Below are positions 1 through 8,837 of a stretch of 64,000 bases of DNA, piece by piece. The first letter of the stretch is position 1; each line of letters opens with the position of its first letter. Location of the stretch: contig CAYZIY010000003.1 in NCBI GenBank assembly GCA_964478715.1, positions 84,661 to 148,660 on the forward strand. Direction: 5' to 3'. The notes beneath the pieces are model-generated. The model did no database searches and was not told the DNA's origin. It worked only from the letters and a program-made list of their open reading frames with translations. Both the position numbers and the translations under genes were made by a program. The stretch comes from an uncultured Planctomycetales bacterium. GTDB lineage: Bacteria; Omnitrophota; Gorgyraeia; Zapsychrales; JBDRMG01.

Positions 1-1
1 C

Positions 2-355
2 CTTGTCTATGCGACGGAAAAGTCTCTGAAAGAATACGGCGACAAGGTTAATGATAGCGATAAAGCCAATATCGAGAAAGAACTTAATAGCTTGAAAGAG
101 TCCATTAAAGCCAAGGATCTGAATAAAATAAAGGCGGGCATGGAATCTCTTCAAAAAGTTTCTCACAAATTGGCCGAAGAGATTTATAAAGCTTCTGCGG
201 CTCAACAGCAGCAAGCTCAGGGAGCCGGCCCGCAACCTGGCGAAGCTCAACAGCAGGCTCAAGGTGGAACAGGGCAAACACAGCAGGAGTCTCCCAAAGA
301 AGAAAAGAAGGACGATGTAATCGATGCGGATTTTAAGGCAGAGGATGAAAAGTAG
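2..355 (+). CDS. dnaK: Chaperone DnaK, C-terminal part (5' truncated by window edge)
   Basis: Open frame from nt 2 (LVYATEKSLKEYGDKV...KLAEEIYK) ending in a Q/G-rich tail and DDVIDADF; directly upstream of dnaJ. Confidence 0.95.
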   Translation, partial: LVYATEKSLKEYGDKVNDSDKANIEKELNSLKESIKAKDLNKIKAGMESLQKVSHKLAEEIYKASAAQQQQAQGAGPQPGEAQQQAQGGTGQTQQESPKEEKKDDVIDADFKAEDEK

Positions 356-417
356 ATAAGAAAAGTTAGTAATCAGAAGTTAGTTATTTGTGCGATATGG
401 ATAGATGGTGGTGATAC

Positions 418-1566
418 GTGAAAAAAGATTACTATGAAATATTAGGGGTCAAAAAAGACTCTACGGCTGAACAAATCAAAAAGGCCTATCGGTCTTTGGC
501 TCTGTCACATCATCCCGACCGTGTTCCAGCGGAAAAGAAGAAGGAGGCCGAAGAGCAATTTAAGGAAATTTCCGAGGCCTATGGCGTCTTATCAGATGCC
601 AAAAAGCGTCAGATGTATGATCAATACGGTCATGCTGGTATCGATCAGCGTTACACCACCGAAGATATATTTCGGGGAGCCGATTTCTCTAGTATTTTTG
701 AGAATATGGGTGATTTTGGTTTTGGCGGAGGCGGGGGCATATTCGAAGATCTCTTTGGCGGTATTTTTGGAGGCAGTTCGACTTCGGGACGGCGCCGTTC
801 TCAAAGAGGACGCGATCTTCAAATCGAAGTTGATTTAACGCTTCAGGAAGCTTTTGATGGCGTTCGCAAGAAAATCAGGGTTCCCCGATACGAATTTTGC
901 CAAACTTGTTCGGGATCCGGTGCCAAACCAGGAAGCAATCCGAAGAAATGCAATCAATGCGCAGGTCGGGGGCGCATCGTCACCTCCACAGGATTTTTTC
1001 AGATGCAGCAAACCTGTCCTCAATGCCGGGGAGAAGGACAGGTGATTACAGAATTTTGTCCCAAGTGCCACGGTCAGGGAAGGGTTAAAGTCGTTCGCCA
1101 GATTGATGTGAATTTTCCGGCGGGAGTAGACAATAACAGCCAATTACGCGTCAGAGGCGAAGGAGAAGTAGGCAAAGCCGGCAACGGAGATCTCTTTATT
1201 TATATCCACATAAAGGATCATCCCGTTTTTCAAAGAAGAGGGAATGATGTATTGATGGAGAGGCCCCTAAGTTTTGTTAAAGCGGCACTGGGAGGAGAAG
1301 TCAGTGTTGCCACTTTAAACGGGAAAGTGAAAATGAAAATACCGGCCGGAACTCAAAGTGGTAAGATGTTTCGGTTGAAAGGGAAAGGGATGCCAGATCT
1401 CCACGGCGGATCGAGAGGAGATCAGTATGTTCGTGTGATGATTCATGTTCCCACTAAATTAAATTCGCAACAACGAAAAATTCTTGAAGATTATGCAAAG
1501 ATCTCTGACGAGGATTTTTCGGGCGAAGGTTCTTTTGCTGATAAATTAAAAAATGTTTTTAAATAA
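418..1566 (+). CDS. dnaJ: Chaperone DnaJ
   Basis: J domain with HPD, G/F-rich linker, four CxxCxGxG zinc-finger repeats, C-terminal domain. Confidence 0.98.
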   Translation: MKKDYYEILGVKKDSTAEQIKKAYRSLALSHHPDRVPAEKKKEAEEQFKEISEAYGVLSDAKKRQMYDQYGHAGIDQRYTTEDIFRGADFSSIFENMGDFGFGGGGGIFEDLFGGIFGGSSTSGRRRSQRGRDLQIEVDLTLQEAFDGVRKKIRVPRYEFCQTCSGSGAKPGSNPKKCNQCAGRGRIVTSTGFFQMQQTCPQCRGEGQVITEFCPKCHGQGRVKVVRQIDVNFPAGVDNNSQLRVRGEGEVGKAGNGDLFIYIHIKDHPVFQRRGNDVLMERPLSFVKAALGGEVSVATLNGKVKMKIPAGTQSGKMFRLKGKGMPDLHGGSRGDQYVRVMIHVPTKLNSQQRKILEDYAKISDEDFSGEGSFADKLKNVFK

Positions 1567-1575
1567 AGGAGTCTT

Positions 1576-1833
1576 ATGCCAACCTACCAATATGAATGTG
1601 AATTATGTTCTCATCGTTTTGACATTTTTCAATCCATGATGGACAAGCGATTAAAGAAATGCCCTCAATGTGGAAAAATGAGCCTCAATCGCTTGATTGG
1701 CTCCGGAGCGGGTATTATTTTCAAAGGCAGCGGATTTTATGAAACGGATTATAAAAGAAAAGCTCCTTGCGGGGAAGGAGCGGCCAAGAAAGAATGCCAA
1801 AGCTGTCCGGCGGCGGAAACCAAAAAGACGTAA
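1576..1833 (+). CDS. FmdB-family zinc-ribbon protein
   Basis: MPTYQYECxxC...CPQCG...IIFKGSGFYETDY signature; SD AAGGAG. Confidence 0.9.
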   Translation: MPTYQYECELCSHRFDIFQSMMDKRLKKCPQCGKMSLNRLIGSGAGIIFKGSGFYETDYKRKAPCGEGAAKKECQSCPAAETKKT

Positions 1834-1865
1834 ATAATAGCCGCAAAAAAGGTGTTTTTCCATTG

Positions 1866-2219
1866 GTGAAATTCTTCAAATTTTGGTTTCCACTCCTGTT
1901 TTATTCTGTTATTATCTACATAGTGTCTGGTCTGCCCAAGATTGGAGTTCATACTCCGTGGCCCTTTTTCGATAAGTTTTTACACGTGATAGAATATGCG
2001 GTTTTGGGTTTGCTTTTTGCGCGGGCTTATCATCAGGCCTCTTCAGTCAAAGGGTTAGGACGCACTCAGATCATAATAGCAACAGTGCTGTTTTGTTTTC
2101 TTTATGGGTTGAGTGATGAGTTTCATCAAATGTTTGTGGAAGGTCGCTATGCGACGATTGGCGATTTAACCGCTGATACCATCGGTGGACTAATTGCCGG
2201 ATATTTTTATCGATCATGA
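1866..2219 (+). CDS. VanZ-family membrane protein
   Basis: DKFLHVIEYAVLG and YGLSDEFHQMFVEGR...D motifs; start placed at GTG 1866 (inferred). Confidence 0.88.
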   Translation: MKFFKFWFPLLFYSVIIYIVSGLPKIGVHTPWPFFDKFLHVIEYAVLGLLFARAYHQASSVKGLGRTQIIIATVLFCFLYGLSDEFHQMFVEGRYATIGDLTADTIGGLIAGYFYRS

Positions 2220-3487
2220 CTCAAATCAAACCATTTAAGGCAGTTTACTTCAACTCTGAAAAAGTCGGCGATATCGGCCAGGTCGCCTGTCCGCCTTATG
2301 ACGTAGTTTCTCCGGCCGAGCAGATGCATCTGCACAGCCGGCATCCGCAGAATTTTATCCGTATTCTTCTGGGGCAGGAAAAACCGAAGGATAATCGTTA
2401 CGACAATAAATATAAAAGAGCCAAGAAGCTGTTTGATGAATGGATGAAAAAAGGAATCCTCAAGCAAGATTCTAAAAACTGTATCTATTTTTATAAACAG
2501 GAATATGTGATTATGGGCCAAAGACATCAGAGGGTAGGCTTTATTTCCCTGATGCGCCTTCAGGATAAAGAGGATTCCAAAATTCTGCCTCACGAGAATA
2601 CTCACTCCAAAGCCAAGGAAGATCGCCTGCGTCTTTGGCGAAATACCAAGGCCAACTTGAGTCCTATCTTCGTTGGATTTTCAGATAGAGAAAAACGAGT
2701 GGAGAAAGTTTTTCAGGAGAGCATTGTTATAAAGGATCCGATGATCGATTTAAAGGATTCTCAGGGCGTGCGCCATATTCTCTGGCGATTGGATGAGACC
2801 AAAATGATCAATGAGATCAAGGGCGCATTATCGAACCAGCATTTGTTTATCGCCGATGGCCATCATCGGTTCGAGGTCGCAATGGATCTTCGTCGCTCTA
2901 TGCTGGCTAAAAAAACGCGCATTTCGGGGCAAGAAACATGTAATTTTATTATGACTTATTTTACCAATCTGGATTCGCGCAATTTGACTATCTTTCCGAT
3001 CCATCGTGTCATTAGGCGCTTGCGGCACCGGTTGGATTTCTTGGAAGATTATTTCCGCATCGATAAAATCCGCAATAAAGATGAACTGCAGATTCTTTTG
3101 GCCAAGGCCGGGCAAAATGAACATGCTATCGGGTTGTATCAACGTGACGGAATCAAATTATTACGTTTAAAAAACCGGCTTTTGATTGATGAATATATTC
3201 ACGAAGGCTCCAGCGATTATCGACGATTGGATGCCACGATTTTGAAATATTTTGTTCTTGATCCTTTAAGGATACAAAGTGATGAGATTACTCATGTCAA
3301 AGACGCGCAGGAGGCCATGGATATGGTTGATAGCCAAAAAGCGGATGCCAGTTTTTTAATGAATCCGGTAAAAATTGAGCAGTTAAAAGCCATTGCGCTT
3401 AATGATGAGCGCATGCCGCCAAAAACAACCTACTTTTATCCCAAAGTGCTTTCGGGTCTTACCATCTATCGTTTAGATTCCAAATAG
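2216..3487 (+). CDS. DUF1015 family protein
   Basis: PPYDVV, ILPHENT, IADGHHR and MPPKTTYFYPK motifs. Confidence 0.92.
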   Translation: MTQIKPFKAVYFNSEKVGDIGQVACPPYDVVSPAEQMHLHSRHPQNFIRILLGQEKPKDNRYDNKYKRAKKLFDEWMKKGILKQDSKNCIYFYKQEYVIMGQRHQRVGFISLMRLQDKEDSKILPHENTHSKAKEDRLRLWRNTKANLSPIFVGFSDREKRVEKVFQESIVIKDPMIDLKDSQGVRHILWRLDETKMINEIKGALSNQHLFIADGHHRFEVAMDLRRSMLAKKTRISGQETCNFIMTYFTNLDSRNLTIFPIHRVIRRLRHRLDFLEDYFRIDKIRNKDELQILLAKAGQNEHAIGLYQRDGIKLLRLKNRLLIDEYIHEGSSDYRRLDATILKYFVLDPLRIQSDEITHVKDAQEAMDMVDSQKADASFLMNPVKIEQLKAIALNDERMPPKTTYFYPKVLSGLTIYRLDSK

Positions 3488-3499
3488 TGATTATTCTTT

Positions 3500-4363
3500 A
3501 TGCCTCTATTCGGAAAAAAGAAATATACGCTGGTTAAAGTTAAAAAGAAAGATATCCCAGACGGGATCTGGACTAAATGCCCCGCATGCCAGTCTCCGGC
3601 TTATAATAAATCTCTTAAGGATAATCTGAAAGTTTGTCCGAAATGTGATTATCATTTTTCGATGAACAGCTTGGAGAGGATCAAGATCTTAATCGACGAA
3701 GGAACTTTTGAAGAGCATGATAAAGATATGATCTCAGGAGATCCGCTTCAGTTTAAGGGACCCAAAACCTACAAGGAAAAGATCGTCAGCGATCAGAAAA
3801 AGACGGGTCTCAAAGATGCTCTCATAACGGGTATCGGTCAGTTGCGTCAAAATGAAATCGCTATCGCCGTAACAGATTCACGGTTTATTATGGGATCTAT
3901 GGGATCTGTGGTGGGTGAGAAGATAACCCGCATTGTTGAATTTGCGACAAACAAGAAATTGCCGCTTATTATTGTTTCGGGTTCCGGCGGTGGCGCGCGA
4001 ATGTATGAAGGCATTTATTCTTTGATGCAAATGGCTAAGACCTGTTCGGCTTTATCCCGTCATCATGAAGCCGGTTTACTTTACATTTCCCTTTTGACCA
4101 ATCCTACGATGGCCGGTGTGATGGCTTCTTTTGCGGGTATCGGGGATGTGATTATAGCAGAACCGAAGGCCTTGATCGGTTTTACCGGCCCTCGAGTGAT
4201 CCAGCAGACGATCCGCCAAAAATTGCCGGACGGTTTTCAGCGTTCTGAGTTTCTATTGGCTCACGGTTTAGTCGATCAGATTGTTCACCGCAAGAATTTA
4301 AAAGATCGGATTGATTTAATCGTTAATTACGCCAAAGGCAATACCAAATCCAGGCGAGTCTAA
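3500..4363 (+). CDS. accD: Acetyl-CoA carboxylase carboxyltransferase beta subunit
   Basis: WTKCPAC...CPKC zinc finger, FIMGSMGSVVGEK, GGARM, GFTGPRVI, FQRSEFLL. Confidence 0.96.
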   Translation: MPLFGKKKYTLVKVKKKDIPDGIWTKCPACQSPAYNKSLKDNLKVCPKCDYHFSMNSLERIKILIDEGTFEEHDKDMISGDPLQFKGPKTYKEKIVSDQKKTGLKDALITGIGQLRQNEIAIAVTDSRFIMGSMGSVVGEKITRIVEFATNKKLPLIIVSGSGGGARMYEGIYSLMQMAKTCSALSRHHEAGLLYISLLTNPTMAGVMASFAGIGDVIIAEPKALIGFTGPRVIQQTIRQKLPDGFQRSEFLLAHGLVDQIVHRKNLKDRIDLIVNYAKGNTKSRRV

Positions 4364-4401
4364 AGAATTATGATGGAGAAAATTGTTTAAAACGAATCAT
4401 C

Positions 4402-5505
4402 ATGGCCCAGGTCAGCATAAAAAACGTCAGCAAAATTTACAAAACGGGTAATAAGGCTGTCAATAATATCAATCTGAGTATTGAGAACAAGGAATTTCTT
4501 GTTTTAGTCGGGCCCTCAGGTTGTGGAAAATCGACCACGCTGCGAATGATCGCGGGGCTGGAAGAAATTACTGCAGGAACCATTTGGATCGGGGATCGGA
4601 TTGTTAATAACATTCCGGCCAAAGATCGTAATATTGCGATGGTTTTTCAAAATTATGCCCTCTATCCACACATGACAGTCTTTGAGAATATGGCTTTCGG
4701 ATTAAAGCTGCGGCGTTATCCCTTGGATGAAATTACGCGTCGTGTTCATGAGGCGGCGGAGATTTTGGGGATTAAGCAACTGTTGGCCCGCAGGCCGAAA
4801 CAGCTTTCCGGTGGGGAGCGCCAGCGGGTGGCCGTGGGTCGCGCGATTGTGCGTAAACCCATGGTGTTCCTTTTTGATGAGCCTTTAAGCAATCTGGATG
4901 CTAAAATGCGTGTTCAAATGCGGGCCGAAATCCACAAGCTGCGCTTGCGTTTGCAGACAACGTTCATCTATGTTACGCATGATCAAACTGAAGCTATGAC
5001 CCTTGGAGATCGAGTGGCGGTTATGCATAACGGAGAGATTCAGCAATGCGATGATCCGATTAATGTTTATGATAAACCCGCCAACAAATTTGTGGCCGGC
5101 TTTATCGGTTCACCGCCGATTAATTTTTTGAAAGGACGGATCATTAAAAAAGACAGAAAGCTGTTTTTCGATGAAGGTCGTTTCTGCGTCAGAGTTATCG
5201 AAGAAATGCGGTCAGCCATTACTCCTTACGAAGGCAAAGACGCGATCATGGGCATTCGCAGTGAAGATATTTATGATAAGCTTTTTGTTTCAGAGGCTTC
5301 TTCAGACAACACTATTAGTGCGACTTGCGAGGTTGTTGAACCAATGGGATCCGAAGTGTATTTGACATTAAATACCGGTCGCCACACTTTTACGGCGAGG
5401 GTGGGCGCTCACGATCGGCCGGAAGTCAATAGAGACATGGAATTGGTTTTTGATATGGGCAAGGTGCACTTTTTTGATAACGAATCCCAAGAAACAATTA
5501 TTTAA
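4402..5505 (+). CDS. MalK/UgpC-type sugar ABC transporter ATP-binding protein
   Basis: GPSGCGKST Walker A, LSGGERQR signature, FDEPLSNLD, C-terminal TOBE-like region; no permease or binding-protein gene nearby. Confidence 0.95.
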   Translation: MAQVSIKNVSKIYKTGNKAVNNINLSIENKEFLVLVGPSGCGKSTTLRMIAGLEEITAGTIWIGDRIVNNIPAKDRNIAMVFQNYALYPHMTVFENMAFGLKLRRYPLDEITRRVHEAAEILGIKQLLARRPKQLSGGERQRVAVGRAIVRKPMVFLFDEPLSNLDAKMRVQMRAEIHKLRLRLQTTFIYVTHDQTEAMTLGDRVAVMHNGEIQQCDDPINVYDKPANKFVAGFIGSPPINFLKGRIIKKDRKLFFDEGRFCVRVIEEMRSAITPYEGKDAIMGIRSEDIYDKLFVSEASSDNTISATCEVVEPMGSEVYLTLNTGRHTFTARVGAHDRPEVNRDMELVFDMGKVHFFDNESQETII

Positions 5506-6772
5506 TTCTAACGGTAAGCTCCTTTTTTTTGCCGGTCTTTTTTTGGCCGTTCCCTTTGTGTGGGCTTTTCAACAACTTGATTTCTACTTTCAGGCTATTG
5601 CGCCGGCCCTTTTGATCGTTTTAATTTATCTTGCTTATTTGAGAGTGGATTTGATCCACTTCCAATCCGCGACAGATCTTAAAATACAGGATCTTAGAGA
5701 GAAAATTAATTTGCTTCAGGCCGATATTGCAAATGAATATTTCGCTCTGGAAGCCTGGGAAAAAAAGATCGAAATCTATTCTCAGCTTAAGGATTTGACA
5801 GAAAAATTCTGCATGTCCGTATCCCTTCATGATACGTCAAAAATTATTTCTCGGGAAGTTAGCCAGTTTTTTAGCAAGCCGACGATGACGACGGTCTTGT
5901 ATTATTTTGAAAAGAAAAATGGAGAACTGGCTTTGATTTCTTCACGCAGAGAAGGGCGCCTCGTCAATGTGAAAACTAAAAAAGGAGATGTCTTTGATTG
6001 GTGGGTGATTAAAAGCATGCAGGCTCTTTTGGTGGAAGACGCCCGCAGTGATTTTCGTTTTGATATTGAGAAGGTGGAGCCGGAAGATCGCCGGAATGTC
6101 CTTTCTTTGATAAGCGTTCCATTGGTGGTCCGCGGCATTCTTTTGGGGCTGATGCGGGTCGATGACGCGGAAGCGGGCAGCTTTACTACCGAGGATCTAA
6201 GGTTCTTTAGAACTATTGGAGATTTGGTAACTGTCGCCATGGAAAACGCTCAGCTTTATGAGCAGGTCGAAGAGATGGCTATTAAAGATAGCTTAACGGG
6301 ACTTTATTTGAGACGCTATCTTCTGGAGCGACTGAACGAAGAGATTAATCGCCAGTTTAGACGAAAGAAACCTTTGTCTTTCTTGATGATCGATCTAGAT
6401 CGATTCAAGAAATACAATGATCGTTATGGGCATATGGCCGGCGATATTGTTTTAAGAACGATCGCCTTAATACTGAAAGAATATTTCGAGGCTCCTGGCA
6501 ATTTGGTCTGTCGTTATGGAGGAGAAGAATTTGCCGTATTGCTTCCTGATTATTCGAAGGGCGATGCCGGTAAACTTGCCGAAGAACTGCGCAAGAAAAT
6601 TCAGAAACAGGAAATTATATTAAGACAGCAAAAAACACACATAACTGTTTCGATTGGTGTATCGTCTTTACCGGATGATACCGTGACACAAAATGAATTG
6701 ATTCATTTTGCCGATCAGGCCATGTACCAAGCCAAAAAGCAGGGAAGAAATCGCGTATGTTCTTATTCTTAG
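5474..6772 (+). CDS. Membrane-anchored GAF-GGDEF diguanylate cyclase
   Basis: Two N-terminal hydrophobic helices, coiled coil, GAF-like region, DSLTGL and RYGGEEF; TTG start at 5474 inferred from SD AAGGTG. Confidence 0.9.
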   Translation: MITNPKKQLFNSNGKLLFFAGLFLAVPFVWAFQQLDFYFQAIAPALLIVLIYLAYLRVDLIHFQSATDLKIQDLREKINLLQADIANEYFALEAWEKKIEIYSQLKDLTEKFCMSVSLHDTSKIISREVSQFFSKPTMTTVLYYFEKKNGELALISSRREGRLVNVKTKKGDVFDWWVIKSMQALLVEDARSDFRFDIEKVEPEDRRNVLSLISVPLVVRGILLGLMRVDDAEAGSFTTEDLRFFRTIGDLVTVAMENAQLYEQVEEMAIKDSLTGLYLRRYLLERLNEEINRQFRRKKPLSFLMIDLDRFKKYNDRYGHMAGDIVLRTIALILKEYFEAPGNLVCRYGGEEFAVLLPDYSKGDAGKLAEELRKKIQKQEIILRQQKTHITVSIGVSSLPDDTVTQNELIHFADQAMYQAKKQGRNRVCSYS

Positions 6773-7776
6773 CTATCGGTTGCCTTGTATTATTTACTGG
6801 AATATCGATTTATACGGCTGGATGTTATGTTCAAAACTTCAAAAAGAGAGATATAGATACTCTTACGGAAAGCGAGAACAATCTTTTTCAAGTCAAGAAT
6901 CAAAGAGACAAAATCATCAAAGAGAAAAAAGATCTGGAGCATCAAGCAATTGAAATTTTTACTCTTTATGAAATGACTCGCGAGATTACTCAGCAACCTC
7001 GCCAAGAAGAAGCGTTTGAAGTTTTTCGTCAAAAGATTGAAAAAACTATTGCCGCCAAAGAATGTCAATTTTACTCTAGCGAACAAAAGCTGCCCGATAA
7101 TCTGAAAGACGAAAGCAAAAATTTTATTTTTCCCCTAAAAGAAAAACGGCGCAAACTAGGCACACTTATCTTTCCCGATTTGTCAAGAGCGAATCGCGAG
7201 AAGGCCATGATTTTGGGACATCAATTCGCATTGGCTCTCAGGCGTGTGAGGCTTTATCAGGAAATCGAAGAGCTGGCCATCACAGACAGCCTGACGGGTT
7301 GTCACACTCGCCGATATTTTATGGAGCGCTTTGAGGAAGAATTCAAAAGAACTATTTCCAGAAAGACATCTGTGTCTTTCTTGATGATTGATGTAGACCG
7401 GTTTAAATTTTTCAATGACAAATACGGTCATCTGGCAGGGGATCATATCCTCAAGATTGTCGGTGGAATTATCAAAGATAATGTCCGTGAAATCGATATT
7501 GTTGGTCGCTATGGAGGTGAAGAATTTTGTGTCGTGCTTCCAGATACCGAACAGCAGGGAGCGCAGTTTGCTGCCGAGCGTATTCGTAAAGCTTTACAGG
7601 AAACGGAAATCAAAGCTTACGATGCGATAGTGCGCTTAACGATTAGTATAGGAATAGCTATTTTTCCTCAAAGCGGAACTAAGATATCCGAATTGATTGA
7701 CAAAGCTGATTGGGCTCTGTATCGCGCCAAAAAGAAAGGCCGTAACTGTACCTGTATTTTTGGCGTTTACGAATAA
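6757..7776 (+). CDS. Membrane-anchored GGDEF diguanylate cyclase with short GAF-like region
   Basis: N-terminal TM helix, DSLTG, REID I-site followed by RYGGEEF. Confidence 0.92.
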   Translation: MFLFLAIGCLVLFTGISIYTAGCYVQNFKKRDIDTLTESENNLFQVKNQRDKIIKEKKDLEHQAIEIFTLYEMTREITQQPRQEEAFEVFRQKIEKTIAAKECQFYSSEQKLPDNLKDESKNFIFPLKEKRRKLGTLIFPDLSRANREKAMILGHQFALALRRVRLYQEIEELAITDSLTGCHTRRYFMERFEEEFKRTISRKTSVSFLMIDVDRFKFFNDKYGHLAGDHILKIVGGIIKDNVREIDIVGRYGGEEFCVVLPDTEQQGAQFAAERIRKALQETEIKAYDAIVRLTISIGIAIFPQSGTKISELIDKADWALYRAKKKGRNCTCIFGVYE

Positions 7777-7897
7777 AAATTCCACCCTAATTTTCCTTTT
7801 AATACTCATATTAATTACGGTATATTATCTTGCATGGGGTTTTACTTTCATGTACAATACACACGCTTTCTATAAAACTTCGCAAGAAATTCATTTG

Positions 7898-8827
7898 ATG
7901 ATGAGTCAATACGTGATCGGTATAGATGTCGGTGGGACAAATATTAAACTGGGCATTGTGAGTGCTTCCGGTAGGATAATCTTCAGAAGTGGTCTAGTCA
8001 CAAGAGGTTTCGTCCGCAATAAAAATAAGTTAATTCAAGGTTTAATCCAATTCATTAATACCAGCCTCAGAAGAAGCCAAATCAAAAAGAAAGATATTTT
8101 GGGAATCGGAATCGGTTTGCCGGGTGCGGTCAATGCCCAAGAAGGCATTGTGTACTATTTAACGAATATATTTGGCTGGAAGAATGTTCCTCTTAAAAAA
8201 ATCATCGAAAAGAAATTCAGCGTTCCGGTTTGTATTGATAATGATGTTAATGTCATTGCTCTGGGAGAATGTGCTTTTGGAGCAGCCAAACGTTATAATC
8301 ATTTTCTGTGTGTTACTTTAGGAACGGGTGTTGGTGGGGGGTTGATTCTCGATAATGCCCTTTACCGCGGTGTTTCATTTGTAGCCGGCGAAGTGGGACA
8401 CATTCCGATTCATTACAGGGGAAGGCGATGTAATTGCGGAGGGAAAGGATGCTTGGAAACTTATGTTGGAAAGAAATATTTACTGCAAAAGGCACGCAAG
8501 TTGTATGGTAAGAAAATGACTCTTGAAGAAATCACCAAGGCGGCAGACAAGAAACAAAAAAAGGCGCGCTGTTTCTGGAAAGAAGCAGCGCATGACTTAG
8601 GATTAGCCTTAACGGGTGTTGTCAATTTGTTGAATTTACAAGCTATCGTTATTGGAGGGGGGATTTCAAAAGCCAACCCTCATTTATTACCAACAATACG
8701 AGAAACAATCCGCAAAAGAGCTATGAAAGCTCCCGGACGAATTGTCAGAGTTATCGGTGGCAAATTAGGCAACGATGCCGGGATTATCGGCGCGAGTGTT
8801 TTAGTTAGAAACGCAATAAAAAAGTAA
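7898..8827 (+). CDS. ROK-family sugar kinase (glucokinase-like)
   Basis: GIDVGGT, DNDVN, GTGVGGG, GEVGH, CNCGGKGCLE; start placed at ATG 7898. Confidence 0.93.
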   Translation: MMSQYVIGIDVGGTNIKLGIVSASGRIIFRSGLVTRGFVRNKNKLIQGLIQFINTSLRRSQIKKKDILGIGIGLPGAVNAQEGIVYYLTNIFGWKNVPLKKIIEKKFSVPVCIDNDVNVIALGECAFGAAKRYNHFLCVTLGTGVGGGLILDNALYRGVSFVAGEVGHIPIHYRGRRCNCGGKGCLETYVGKKYLLQKARKLYGKKMTLEEITKAADKKQKKARCFWKEAAHDLGLALTGVVNLLNLQAIVIGGGISKANPHLLPTIRETIRKRAMKAPGRIVRVIGGKLGNDAGIIGASVLVRNAIKK

Positions 8828-8837
8828 TAAAGTATAC

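Noticed and set aside
190-300. CAG/CAA-rich repeats in the dnaK 3' end as a tandem repeat element
   Set aside because: They encode the ordinary low-complexity Q/G-rich DnaK tail.
7697-7897. N-terminal hydrophobic extension making a membrane-bound ROK kinase
   Set aside because: The extension overlaps the upstream gene and runs through AT-rich promoter-like DNA; the ROK domain starts at M7898/7901.
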